This document shows positions 8,697-16,402 of a stretch of DNA of 38,333 nucleotides, piece after piece. The notes beneath the pieces are model-generated. The model was not told the DNA's origin, searched no databases, and saw only the letters and a list, made by a program, of their open reading frames with translations. Source of the stretch: Pseudomonadota bacterium (GTDB lineage Bacteria > Bdellovibrionota > FAC87 > UBA2466); the NCBI GenBank assembly GCA_043718025.1, contig JAYSWN010000055.1, forward strand, positions 1-38,333, in the 5' to 3' direction. Made by a program: the position numbers and the translations under genes. Every line of letters starts with the position of its first letter. Position 1 is the first letter of the stretch.

Positions 8697-8700
8697 CTTC

Positions 8701-11031
8701 ATGAAAACGCTGTTGATACTGCTCCTTGCCACCGTGGCCCAAACCCAAGCGGAACAACGAGCAAAGACCGATCACGCCAAAGGAAAGCCGGCAAAGCTCA
8801 TAACCACTCGGAGCGAGCAAGCCGTCACTGGCGCCGGCATCTGCCCCTGCCCTGAATCAAAGCCGCTCAAGGCCGAAGACGCCCAGAAATCCCTTTCGTA
8901 CTTTAAAGAGAATAAACCCTATAACTCATTCGATTTGTCTAAAGACATGTCCTCTGCTCAAGCGACTTCTCACTTTAGCGAGCTGCCCGGACAAAAAGGC
9001 AGAGGCATTGTAGCGTTGAACACTCCGAGCGAACTCAACGCCTGTTTAGAAGAAGGCGATGTCTTAGTCTATTTTCGCACTTCGAACGACGTGCCTTCGG
9101 CAAATAACCTACAGGGCCACATCCAAGAAGGCACCAGCCACGCGGCAGTGGTGATGAAGGATAAAGACGGGAAGTTTTACCACATTGACTCTCCCCAAGG
9201 TTACGGTGGGCCCTATAGCTTCTCGGGGCCTTTTCACGTGATGAAACTTCGCAAAAACAAACTCTACGGCGACAAGAAACCGGAAGAAGTTTTAAAGCGC
9301 GTGAAAGAACTTGCGCTAAAAATGCAGGGCACCGTGCAGTACGATAGTTCGCTCACAACCGACGTCTACGTGGAAGGCAAGAAACTGGCCGGGGCCAAAG
9401 CGAAGCTACCCGAGATCATGAAACGCGGCTGCGAAGCCGTGTGCAGTAAAATCGAAGGCGGCAAGTGCCCTCCGATGTACTGCTCGGAGCTGGTTTACAC
9501 TCTTTATGCGTTAGCCGGGGTGGAGGACTTAGAAGCAGAGGGGCTATCGGCCCTGGTAAAGAGGCTTGAAGAAGACGTTTTCAAAGGCCTACCCGAAGGG
9601 GAAAAAGGGCTGATGCGGCAGCGCTTTGTGGACACCATGTTCAATGACCAAGCGCTTAGAGCCGTGATGCCGGAAGCGCAGAGAAACAGCGCGCGTACTT
9701 TAGTGGAGACCCTCATGAACCCGAATACTCCGCAGTTCGTGCGCGATACGGTAGATGCGACTCGTGGTCCGATTTTTTTCCCGCACTCGTTTATTCGCGA
9801 AGCTAGGAAAGACGAGGGCGCTTTTTGCTATGCCGGGAGCTACTTGGGCGGGGCGTTTGGCTCGGGGGGCGGGGCGGTAGGGCAAGCGCAGCAGCCAGTG
9901 CCGCCTAGTGCGAATCTCTACCTTACGCTGCAGGGTCATTATACTGACGTTCTGTCAGCCCAGTTCTCGCCCGACGGCCATTCTCTTGTGACTGCTTCCG
10001 AGAACACCACCAAGATCTGGGACGCGCAAACCGGGCAACCCAAAGCAGTTCTGCAGAGATTTCAAACCTGGGTTCAGTCGGCCGAGTTCTCACCCGACGG
10101 TAAATCCCTTGTGACTGCTTCCTCAGACAAGACCGCCCAGCTCTGGGACGTTCAAACCGGACAACTCAAAAAAACGCTGCAGGGGCATTCCAGTTCTGTT
10201 AGGTCGGCCCAGTTCTCGCCCGACGGCAAATTTATTGTGACTGCGTCCGACGACAACACCGCCAAGCTCTGGGACGTTCAAACCGGACAACTCAAAGCAA
10301 CGCTGCAAGGACATTCCGCTACCGTTCTGTCGGCCCAGTTCTCGCCCGACGGCAAATTTATTGTGACTGCGTCTCGAGACAACACCGCCAAACTCTGGGA
10401 CGCTCAAAGTGGGCAGCTCAAAGCCACGCTGCAGGGGCATTCCGAGACTGTTCGCTCGCCCCAGTTCTCGCCCGACGGCAAATTTATTGTGACTGCGTCC
10501 GACGACGACACCGCCAAGCTCTGGGACGTTCAAACCGGACAACTCAAAGCAACGCTGCAAGGACATTCCGCTAACGTTCTGTCGGCCCAGTTCTCGCCCG
10601 ACGGCAAAACGATTGTGACTGCGTCCCACGATAAAACCGCCAAGCTCTGGGACGTTCAAACCAGACAACTCAAAGCAACGCTGCAGGGACATTCCGGTTC
10701 TGTTTACACGGCCAAGTTCTCGCCCGACGGCAAATTTATTGTGACTGCGTCTCGAGACCGAACCGCCATGCTCTGGGTCGCCGGCGCCAGCGTCTCCGAA
10801 CGCGCTACCGACTTCATGAGCCGCCTCTACGCCGCCGGCCCCGAAAACACCGACGCCGCGCTTGCTGCGTTAACGGATCCCAACAACCAAACCGAATGGA
10901 AAAACCTTGTCACCGCCATGAAAAACCACGCCGGCCTCACCAAAGAGGCCGTGCATACTCTGGTCAATAACCAGGTCTCGGCCGTACCCATGCAGAACGC
11001 CTTAAAAACCATCGCGGATACTTTTTACTAG
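8701..11031 (+). CDS. Secreted permuted papain-like (NlpC/P60, YiiX/YebB-like) hydrolase fused to a 7-repeat WD40 propeller and a helical tail
   Basis: Signal peptide MKTLLILLLATVAQTQA; GDVLVYF, SHAAVV (His codon 9139) preceding YCSELVY (Cys codon 9481); seven repeats of consensus GH...FSPDG...TAS.D.TA.LWD. Confidence 0.85.
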   Translation: MKTLLILLLATVAQTQAEQRAKTDHAKGKPAKLITTRSEQAVTGAGICPCPESKPLKAEDAQKSLSYFKENKPYNSFDLSKDMSSAQATSHFSELPGQKGRGIVALNTPSELNACLEEGDVLVYFRTSNDVPSANNLQGHIQEGTSHAAVVMKDKDGKFYHIDSPQGYGGPYSFSGPFHVMKLRKNKLYGDKKPEEVLKRVKELALKMQGTVQYDSSLTTDVYVEGKKLAGAKAKLPEIMKRGCEAVCSKIEGGKCPPMYCSELVYTLYALAGVEDLEAEGLSALVKRLEEDVFKGLPEGEKGLMRQRFVDTMFNDQALRAVMPEAQRNSARTLVETLMNPNTPQFVRDTVDATRGPIFFPHSFIREARKDEGAFCYAGSYLGGAFGSGGGAVGQAQQPVPPSANLYLTLQGHYTDVLSAQFSPDGHSLVTASENTTKIWDAQTGQPKAVLQRFQTWVQSAEFSPDGKSLVTASSDKTAQLWDVQTGQLKKTLQGHSSSVRSAQFSPDGKFIVTASDDNTAKLWDVQTGQLKATLQGHSATVLSAQFSPDGKFIVTASRDNTAKLWDAQSGQLKATLQGHSETVRSPQFSPDGKFIVTASDDDTAKLWDVQTGQLKATLQGHSANVLSAQFSPDGKTIVTASHDKTAKLWDVQTRQLKATLQGHSGSVYTAKFSPDGKFIVTASRDRTAMLWVAGASVSERATDFMSRLYAAGPENTDAALAALTDPNNQTEWKNLVTAMKNHAGLTKEAVHTLVNNQVSAVPMQNALKTIADTFY
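9928..10776 (+). repeat. Seven tandem WD40-coding repeats of 126 nt (first 123 nt, last partial) with high nucleotide identity
   Basis: Units start at 9928, 10051, 10177, 10303, 10429, 10555, 10681; shared blocks such as agttctcgcccgacggcaaa and ctctgggacgttcaaacc. Confidence 0.95.
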
Positions 11032-11109
11032 GGACAAAAGAGAAGAAAGAGACGGGCCTTATTGGTCGGTTGGGTCGGTGACAAATTTTTTTAAGCCTGC
11101 CCCTTACCA

Positions 11110-12342
11110 CTATTCGAACAAAATCCGTTCGGCAGGTACCTGAAGGATCCTGGGCTCCAAAACTTCGGTTTTACGAAGCCCCCGCGTCACAAAGAGCACG
11201 GTGGCCGGTGAGTAGCGCTGCAGAAATCGACCTGCCATGCGTAGTTGCTGCCGCGTGGGAGCAGCTTCCAAGATCGGAATAATCCCCAGGCACCCGCTCT
11301 GACTCTTCAAGGCGAATGGAATTCGAACATCGGGCTGCGCCCTATACTGAAAGAATCTAAAGCTCAAGCCCATTTCATAGAAAAAAGTCGCTCGTAGATT
11401 TCGGTATACTGCGCCTTCAAACTGCCGGAGCAGATCGGGCCGAGCTTCTGAAAGGGAAAGGCACTCCGCCTGATCCTCAAAATAAACCGAAACTCCTTTA
11501 CGATCGCCTTCGATCGGAATCTGACGGATGAGAAAGATGTTTTCTAGGGCAAAGAGAAGTCTTTTCTGAGTCACCTCAGAAATGCCTGTCTCCCGGCGCA
11601 ATCGCGTTGGCTGAACCGCTTCCCCTTCCCTCTCCGCAAGCCGAGACACAAAATTCACTAGCTGCAGGTAGGGAATTGTACTTGGGTAGACTAAACGAAG
11701 GTCCCGATCCAACATGAGCTGCAACTGTTCCCGGAGCCGCTCGGACCTGACACGCTCATTTCTTAAAAAGCAAATTCCGGGCAGCCCCCCATTGTCGAAG
11801 TACTTAGCAATGAGCTTTTCACGGCTACTCTGCGCGGTCTTACTGAGTTCACCCTCCCACTCACCAGAAAAAGTTGCCTGCTCAATGAGCCGCAGCGGCA
11901 GCTTAGACCGTTCGAGCTCGGCAAGTTCCGTGAGCACCATGGGAAGTAAGTCCACGTTCACAATGCGACCCGTTAAAGACTCTCGGATGGCGCTGCGGCT
12001 ATAAAAACGCACCGAGCCGGACAAAACTATCTGGCCTGGCCGCTTCCGCTTTCGAACGAGCTCCTTTAGGGCAGGAAAAAGTGGTGGGCACATCTGGCTT
12101 TCATCAATGGCTACCGGCGGCTTTCCTAATTTACCGAGAAACTTGACTGGGTTAACTGTGGCGGCACGCAATGTTAAGTGGTCGTCGAAGGTATGGTAGG
12201 AGGGACAAACCTGCTCTAAAAACGTCGTCTTACCCACCTGCCGATGCCCAAATATACCTACTAAAGGACTAAACTTCAGAAGCTTCCGATAAATCTCCAG
12301 AGAATGCCGGGGTCTTAAATGTGCCACCCTTGTATTTTTCAA
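11110..12342 (-). CDS. AAA+ ATPase, AAA_14 + DUF4143 type
   Basis: Walker A GHRQVGKTT, Walker B VAIDE.Q, LSGS, ESLTGR, GGLPG, RDL; start is TTG 12342 or GTG 12327. Confidence 0.85.
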   Translation of the reverse strand: MKNTRVAHLRPRHSLEIYRKLLKFSPLVGIFGHRQVGKTTFLEQVCPSYHTFDDHLTLRAATVNPVKFLGKLGKPPVAIDESQMCPPLFPALKELVRKRKRPGQIVLSGSVRFYSRSAIRESLTGRIVNVDLLPMVLTELAELERSKLPLRLIEQATFSGEWEGELSKTAQSSREKLIAKYFDNGGLPGICFLRNERVRSERLREQLQLMLDRDLRLVYPSTIPYLQLVNFVSRLAEREGEAVQPTRLRRETGISEVTQKRLLFALENIFLIRQIPIEGDRKGVSVYFEDQAECLSLSEARPDLLRQFEGAVYRNLRATFFYEMGLSFRFFQYRAQPDVRIPFALKSQSGCLGIIPILEAAPTRQQLRMAGRFLQRYSPATVLFVTRGLRKTEVLEPRILQVPAERILFE

Positions 12343-12364
12343 TGTTTTTCATAAAAATACAAGG
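12328..12364. promoter_or_regulatory. 12-bp perfect inverted repeat over the ATPase start (operator or hairpin)
   Basis: CCTTGTATTTTT (12328-12339), N13, AAAAATACAAGG (12353-12364). Confidence 0.6.
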
Positions 12365-12498
12365 ACCTTACATTTTCTAGTAAATTTAGCGTACTAGGGG
12401 CCGCTTACCCCTCATCGATATGGCAAGATTTGGTGATATGGAACAGATTAAGTCTCAAACCCGGCGAAGGGTGAAGAGTCTGGTATCCGAAATTTTAA

Positions 12499-13116
12499 CT
12501 ACTTCGGTTTCTTGGCAATCACTTGAATAACCTGGGAGCTACCGAGCGGCAGCTCGGAGTAGTACAGAATCTGAAAACTCTTCAGGTGGCCTAAAACTTC
12601 GTTAGGCTTATAGCACTCTTCAAAATCTAAATTGGGGTTCGGGGTGGCGGCGTTTGCCCGCACCTGTTCCAAAGTGTAAGCCTCAAGGGCGAAGGTTCCG
12701 CCGGCCACTAAACCACGCAGCACCTCGCTAAAAAAACGGGGTTGAGGACGAAAATACGTCATCACGATGGTGTCGTACTTCATCAGCGGCATGAGAAAAA
12801 AATCTAAGTTCTGGGTCTTGGCCGAGACGGTAACTTTTTTCTCGGCAGCTAAGGAGTTTGCTCGTTCAATCGCCTTAGCGTTTCCATCCATCCCCTCCAC
12901 ATCAAAGCCCTGAGAAGCCAAAAAGATGGCATTACGCCCTTCTCCCATCGCAATATCGAGGGCCTTACCAGGCTTGAGGTGGCCAACGTGGCTCTTCAGC
13001 AGGGCCACGGGCTCTTTACCGAATAGAAAGCCTGTGGTTGAGCCGTACCGCCCTTCCCATATTTCTTTCGAGGTCTTTTTGTTGGGGTCAATTTCCGGAT
13101 ATTTTTCATCAAACAT
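12499..13116 (-). CDS. Class I SAM-dependent methyltransferase (TehB-like)
   Basis: LDIAMGEGRNAIFLA..GF.V.G.D motif I; W..RY...FG.EP N-terminus. Confidence 0.88.
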   Translation of the reverse strand: MFDEKYPEIDPNKKTSKEIWEGRYGSTTGFLFGKEPVALLKSHVGHLKPGKALDIAMGEGRNAIFLASQGFDVEGMDGNAKAIERANSLAAEKKVTVSAKTQNLDFFLMPLMKYDTIVMTYFRPQPRFFSEVLRGLVAGGTFALEAYTLEQVRANAATPNPNLDFEECYKPNEVLGHLKSFQILYYSELPLGSSQVIQVIAKKPK

Positions 13117-13131
13117 TCGGATATCTTAAAG

Positions 13132-13251
13132 TCACAATAGGCGGGCCATCAAGCAAACGATGAGAAAAGAGACGCCGCAGGTCACAACGGCAAGAACTTC
13201 TGTAGAAACTGAGGACAAAGGACGAAATCTTGGGAGGTTCTCTTGCTTCAT
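13132..13251 (-). CDS. Candidate 39-aa single-TM small protein (not in the ORF track)
   Basis: MKQENLPRFRPLSSVSTEVLAVVTCGVSFLIVCLMARLL; fills the gap co-directionally; sigma54-like box immediately upstream. Confidence 0.5.
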   Translation of the reverse strand: MKQENLPRFRPLSSVSTEVLAVVTCGVSFLIVCLMARLL

Positions 13252-13263
13252 GCTCTAACCGTA

Positions 13264-13279
13264 AGCAAGAGTGATGCCT
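13264..13279 (-). promoter_or_regulatory. Sigma54-like -24/-12 element
   Basis: Minus strand AGGCAT-CACTC-TTGCT (GG-N10-GC); predicted +1 about 2 nt before ATG 13251. Confidence 0.45.
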
Positions 13280-13381
13280 CATTGCTAGGCTCAGAAAGGC
13301 CAAAATGCTGGTTCCTTCTTGGACCTTGGTTCCAGAATGGAACTGACTTTAGTACGGAATAACGAGGCAAATAGGGGTTCG

Positions 13382-14035
13382 TCAGAAGATAAAGAAGGTG
13401 GCGCCGAGGTTGGCCAGAATAAAATTTTGCGCAGGAAAGAGATAGACGATTTCAAAGGAAAACAAGACCCGTCCCAACGGCACGCCAAGGCTAGCCCCTA
13501 ACATTACGAATGCGCCTTTTAATAAGTCAGGCCGATCAATCGAATTATCCATCGGGCCTGAGTCCAAGGCCCTCAGCTTAACCCCGGCCACCGGTCCAAT
13601 CGAAACTAGCGGGTTGTCATTGTGGAATTCATAGCGGTAGCGCAGGCTAAGCGAGGGGTAGATGTCCCATTCAAAGGCCAGATCGGCCACATGATTGCGA
13701 CCAAAATACTGGCCCAGCCCTAAGAACCCGCCGGTACCCGCTTCCGCCTTGATGCCTGACCCATACACGCGAGGCGAAATGAGGGTGATTCCCCCGCGCA
13801 CGTAAAACTGATTATGAAAGACGAGCGAAGTTTTTTGCACGAGCATACGGTACTGCTCCTGCATCACTTCGAGGTGAGCCTCTAGCTCTTCAATTTTTTC
13901 AGAAAGTGCCTCATCTTTTGCCTTTAGCTCCGTCACCATTTGGGAGGATAATGGCTCTTTGGCCTTTTTAGGGGCCGCCACGAGTGTCTGACTGGATATG
14001 AACAAAAAGACGATGCTGAGAGTTTTCGCCACCAT
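13382..14035 (-). CDS. Exported protein: signal peptide, short coiled coil, probable outer-membrane beta-barrel
   Basis: MVAKTLSIVFLFISSQTLVAA; coiled coil ELKAKDEALSEKIEELEAHL; alternating hydrophobic strands; terminal Phe (NLGATFFIF). ORF is open to 14071. Confidence 0.7.
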   Translation of the reverse strand: MVAKTLSIVFLFISSQTLVAAPKKAKEPLSSQMVTELKAKDEALSEKIEELEAHLEVMQEQYRMLVQKTSLVFHNQFYVRGGITLISPRVYGSGIKAEAGTGGFLGLGQYFGRNHVADLAFEWDIYPSLSLRYRYEFHNDNPLVSIGPVAGVKLRALDSGPMDNSIDRPDLLKGAFVMLGASLGVPLGRVLFSFEIVYLFPAQNFILANLGATFFIF

Positions 14036-14414
14036 ATTGTTTGTGAGTCTTGCCTTTGATGCGATGGCCATTCAATGCCCTTTGGCCCCTGCCGCCATCG
14101 AAAAACTGCAAAAAGAGCTCGATGCTCTGGCTAAGCTCCGAGACGATATGCTCCGCGAATTTGAAGGCGCCCTGAGCAAAGATTTTCAGGCGATTACCGA
14201 AGGTGAAAAAGACCCCAAACTGCGGGGCACCGCGGTTAAGCTCGCCTTTGCCAAAAATCGCCTAAATAAGAAAATTGAGTTGAAGACTAAAGAGATGAAT
14301 GAACTTAACAAAGAGTTTTGTAAATTCTGCGCCCCCGAAAAAAAGGCCACGGATAAAATCGCCCTATTTTGCGATTATTGTGAAGATCGGTCGCGCTGCC
14401 CGGAAGACCAATAA
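14013..14414 (+). CDS. Exported helical protein with Cys-rich C-terminus
   Basis: Signal peptide MLRVFATILFVSLAFDAMA; coiled-coil core; FCKFC and FCDYC....C. Alternative start 13998. Confidence 0.7.
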   Translation: MLRVFATILFVSLAFDAMAIQCPLAPAAIEKLQKELDALAKLRDDMLREFEGALSKDFQAITEGEKDPKLRGTAVKLAFAKNRLNKKIELKTKEMNELNKEFCKFCAPEKKATDKIALFCDYCEDRSRCPEDQ

Positions 14415-14416
14415 AC

Positions 14417-14884
14417 CTAACGATCGTTAACGGCGCGTGAAAAAGAGTTGCCTTGAGTCCGCAGGGTGTCGACCATCTCGTTGAAAAGATCAGATATTTC
14501 CTGAAACTCGTCGCCTTTTCTCAACTTCAATTTAACGTCTTTACCATCGACCAGGTCAGCCATCGTGCGCTTCATCGCATAAACGGCGCCGCCCACGCGG
14601 TGAGAAAATAAAATACCTAATACGCCCACGCCCAAAAGGTGAAGCGTAAAAACCGAAATCAGCACGCCCACTAAAACACGAAGTTCGTGATAGAGCACGT
14701 TAGTGACGTCAGGTTCAAGTCCCGCGTATTTCACCAAGATTCGGTAGTTCTCGCCCAGAAAGTAATAAAGGATGGCACAGATGAGCGCCATTTGGACGAA
14801 CGAGCCAAAAACCAAAACCCTGATGAAGCGAAACTGAAACCTTGGTTCAGGAATAAAATTGGTAGTTCTTCGTCGATTATTCAT
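14417..14884 (-). CDS. Two-TM membrane protein with a HAMP-like domain and no output domain
   Basis: P.FQ.RF, two hydrophobic helices, SHRVGG.VY, LRKGDEFQEI...FNEM. Confidence 0.8.
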   Translation of the reverse strand: MNNRRRTTNFIPEPRFQFRFIRVLVFGSFVQMALICAILYYFLGENYRILVKYAGLEPDVTNVLYHELRVLVGVLISVFTLHLLGVGVLGILFSHRVGGAVYAMKRTMADLVDGKDVKLKLRKGDEFQEISDLFNEMVDTLRTQGNSFSRAVNDR

Positions 14885-14968
14885 TCTTTTAATTGTACCC
14901 GAGGTTATTGCAAGGAATGGAATAAAAAAGAGCTAGGCAACCGACTATAACGCGCTTACATTCCGGCC

Positions 14969-15256
14969 ATGGTTACCATAGGAATGAATTACCAAGTCCT
15001 GCCGGGCAAAGAAGTGGTGTTCGAACGCGCTTTCGAAGCCGTAATGGATGTCATGGATGACTCGCCAGGCCACACCAAATCGCACCTCTACAAAGACGTT
15101 CTTAACGCACAGAGCTACCTCATCGTCTCCGAATGGAACGATGAATCGGCGTTTAAGACGTTTATCAAGTCAGACGGTTTCGCCAAGGTGACGTCGTGGG
15201 GCAAAGACCAGATTCTTGCCGGTCGCCCGATTCATCAGGTTTATCAAAACCCGTAA
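14969..15256 (+). CDS. Antibiotic biosynthesis monooxygenase (ABM) family protein
   Basis: Y.V.PGKE..FE, PGH....LY, YLIVSEW....AF..F..S..F pattern. Confidence 0.85.
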   Translation: MVTIGMNYQVLPGKEVVFERAFEAVMDVMDDSPGHTKSHLYKDVLNAQSYLIVSEWNDESAFKTFIKSDGFAKVTSWGKDQILAGRPIHQVYQNP

Positions 15257-16402
15257 GTGAAATTTCTATGTTTGCAGGCCAGCTCCGTGTGGGAACGCTA
15301 CGGAGGGATTGAATCCTATCTGGATGATCTGCTTTCGTTGCTTACCGAGGTTTGTGGGCCGGAGAGTTGCCATACGCTTGTCCTGACCAGCAGCAACATT
15401 TCCCCTTCCACCACTTACCAAGTCACTCCCGTGCGAAAATGGTTGCCAGGAATATTTCGGCGGGCAGAAAATCGCTACTCAGTCCTTTTAGCAAAAAAAG
15501 CGTTCGAAATTGCCAAAGCCGATCGTCCCGAATTTATTCTCTGTGGCCACGTGTCGCTCGGCCCGTTAGCGCAACTTCTCTCAAAAACATTGAATATTCC
15601 CTTGGTTTCAATCGTCTACGGAATCGAAGCCTGGGGAAACCTGTTGCCGCAGGATGAGTGGGCTTTAAAAGCATCGCACAAAATATTTTCGATCAGCGAA
15701 TGGACGAAGAGCCGATTGGTAGCCCGAGGGTACCCCCCGGCACAAATCTTAGTGGTACCGCCCCCCCTTCCCGAAGCGGCGGTGCATTGGCCGAGCCGAA
15801 TCCCCTCGCATCCCCCTGCGCCGTTAACGCTGCTCACCGTTTCCCGATTGGATTCGAGCGAACGTTACAAAGGACATGATCACGTCCTGCAAGCGCTAGG
15901 CAAAGCGCGGGCTCAACGTCCCGGGCTTTCGGTGCGTTACCTGATTCATGGCGAAGGAAATGACAAAAAATATTTAGAAAATATCGTGCGCCGGGAGAAA
16001 TTAGGCGACTGGGTTGAATTTCATACGAGTTTAAAAAATCGCCAAGACTTGGGCGAGGTTTACCGTAAAGCCGATGTGCTTATTATGCCCTCTCGTTTTG
16101 GCTTCTGGGGTGGGCGCTGGCGCGGCGAGGGGTTTGGCATCGTTTACACTGAGGCGGCGGCGTGTGAAGTGCCGTCGATCGCGTACGAATGCGGAGGCGC
16201 CACCGACATTATCGTTTCAGAAAAAACCGGATGGTTGATTCATCCTGACCATGTGGTTGGTTTAACCAATTTGATTTTAGAGCTAGAAGCCAAAAGAGAA
16301 AAAATTTCTGAATATGGCGCGAACGCTCGCCGGCACGTGAATGATCGTTTCTCGCGTGAAACGATCAAAAAAAGTCTCAAGTCAGTGGTTGCAGGGCTCT
16401 AA
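15257..16402 (+). CDS. Glycosyltransferase family 4
   Basis: GGIE, LLTVSRL...ERYKGHD, Y..AD...MPS, EGFGIVY.EAAA, GGA.D. Confidence 0.92.
   Translation: MKFLCLQASSVWERYGGIESYLDDLLSLLTEVCGPESCHTLVLTSSNISPSTTYQVTPVRKWLPGIFRRAENRYSVLLAKKAFEIAKADRPEFILCGHVSLGPLAQLLSKTLNIPLVSIVYGIEAWGNLLPQDEWALKASHKIFSISEWTKSRLVARGYPPAQILVVPPPLPEAAVHWPSRIPSHPPAPLTLLTVSRLDSSERYKGHDHVLQALGKARAQRPGLSVRYLIHGEGNDKKYLENIVRREKLGDWVEFHTSLKNRQDLGEVYRKADVLIMPSRFGFWGGRWRGEGFGIVYTEAAACEVPSIAYECGGATDIIVSEKTGWLIHPDHVVGLTNLILELEAKREKISEYGANARRHVNDRFSRETIKKSLKSVVAGL

Noticed and set aside
10123..10692. 189-aa repetitive antisense ORF
   Set aside because: Shadow of the WD40 repeats; stop-free only because the repeat unit lacks a stop in that frame.
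9928..10776. Tandem repeats as a CRISPR array or DGR template/variable repeat
   Set aside because: Units are in-frame 126-nt coding repeats with no unique spacers; no cas or reverse transcriptase gene in the window; differences are not confined to adenines.
13109..13501. Track ORFs 13109..13303, 13291..13488 and 13319..13501
   Set aside because: Overlap neighbours and have no recognisable features; the 39-aa TM ORF at 13132..13251 fits the gap better.
14320..14400. CxxC motifs as c-type heme sites, given ccsA/ccsB in the window
   Set aside because: Neither CKFCA nor CDYCE has the His of CxxCH.
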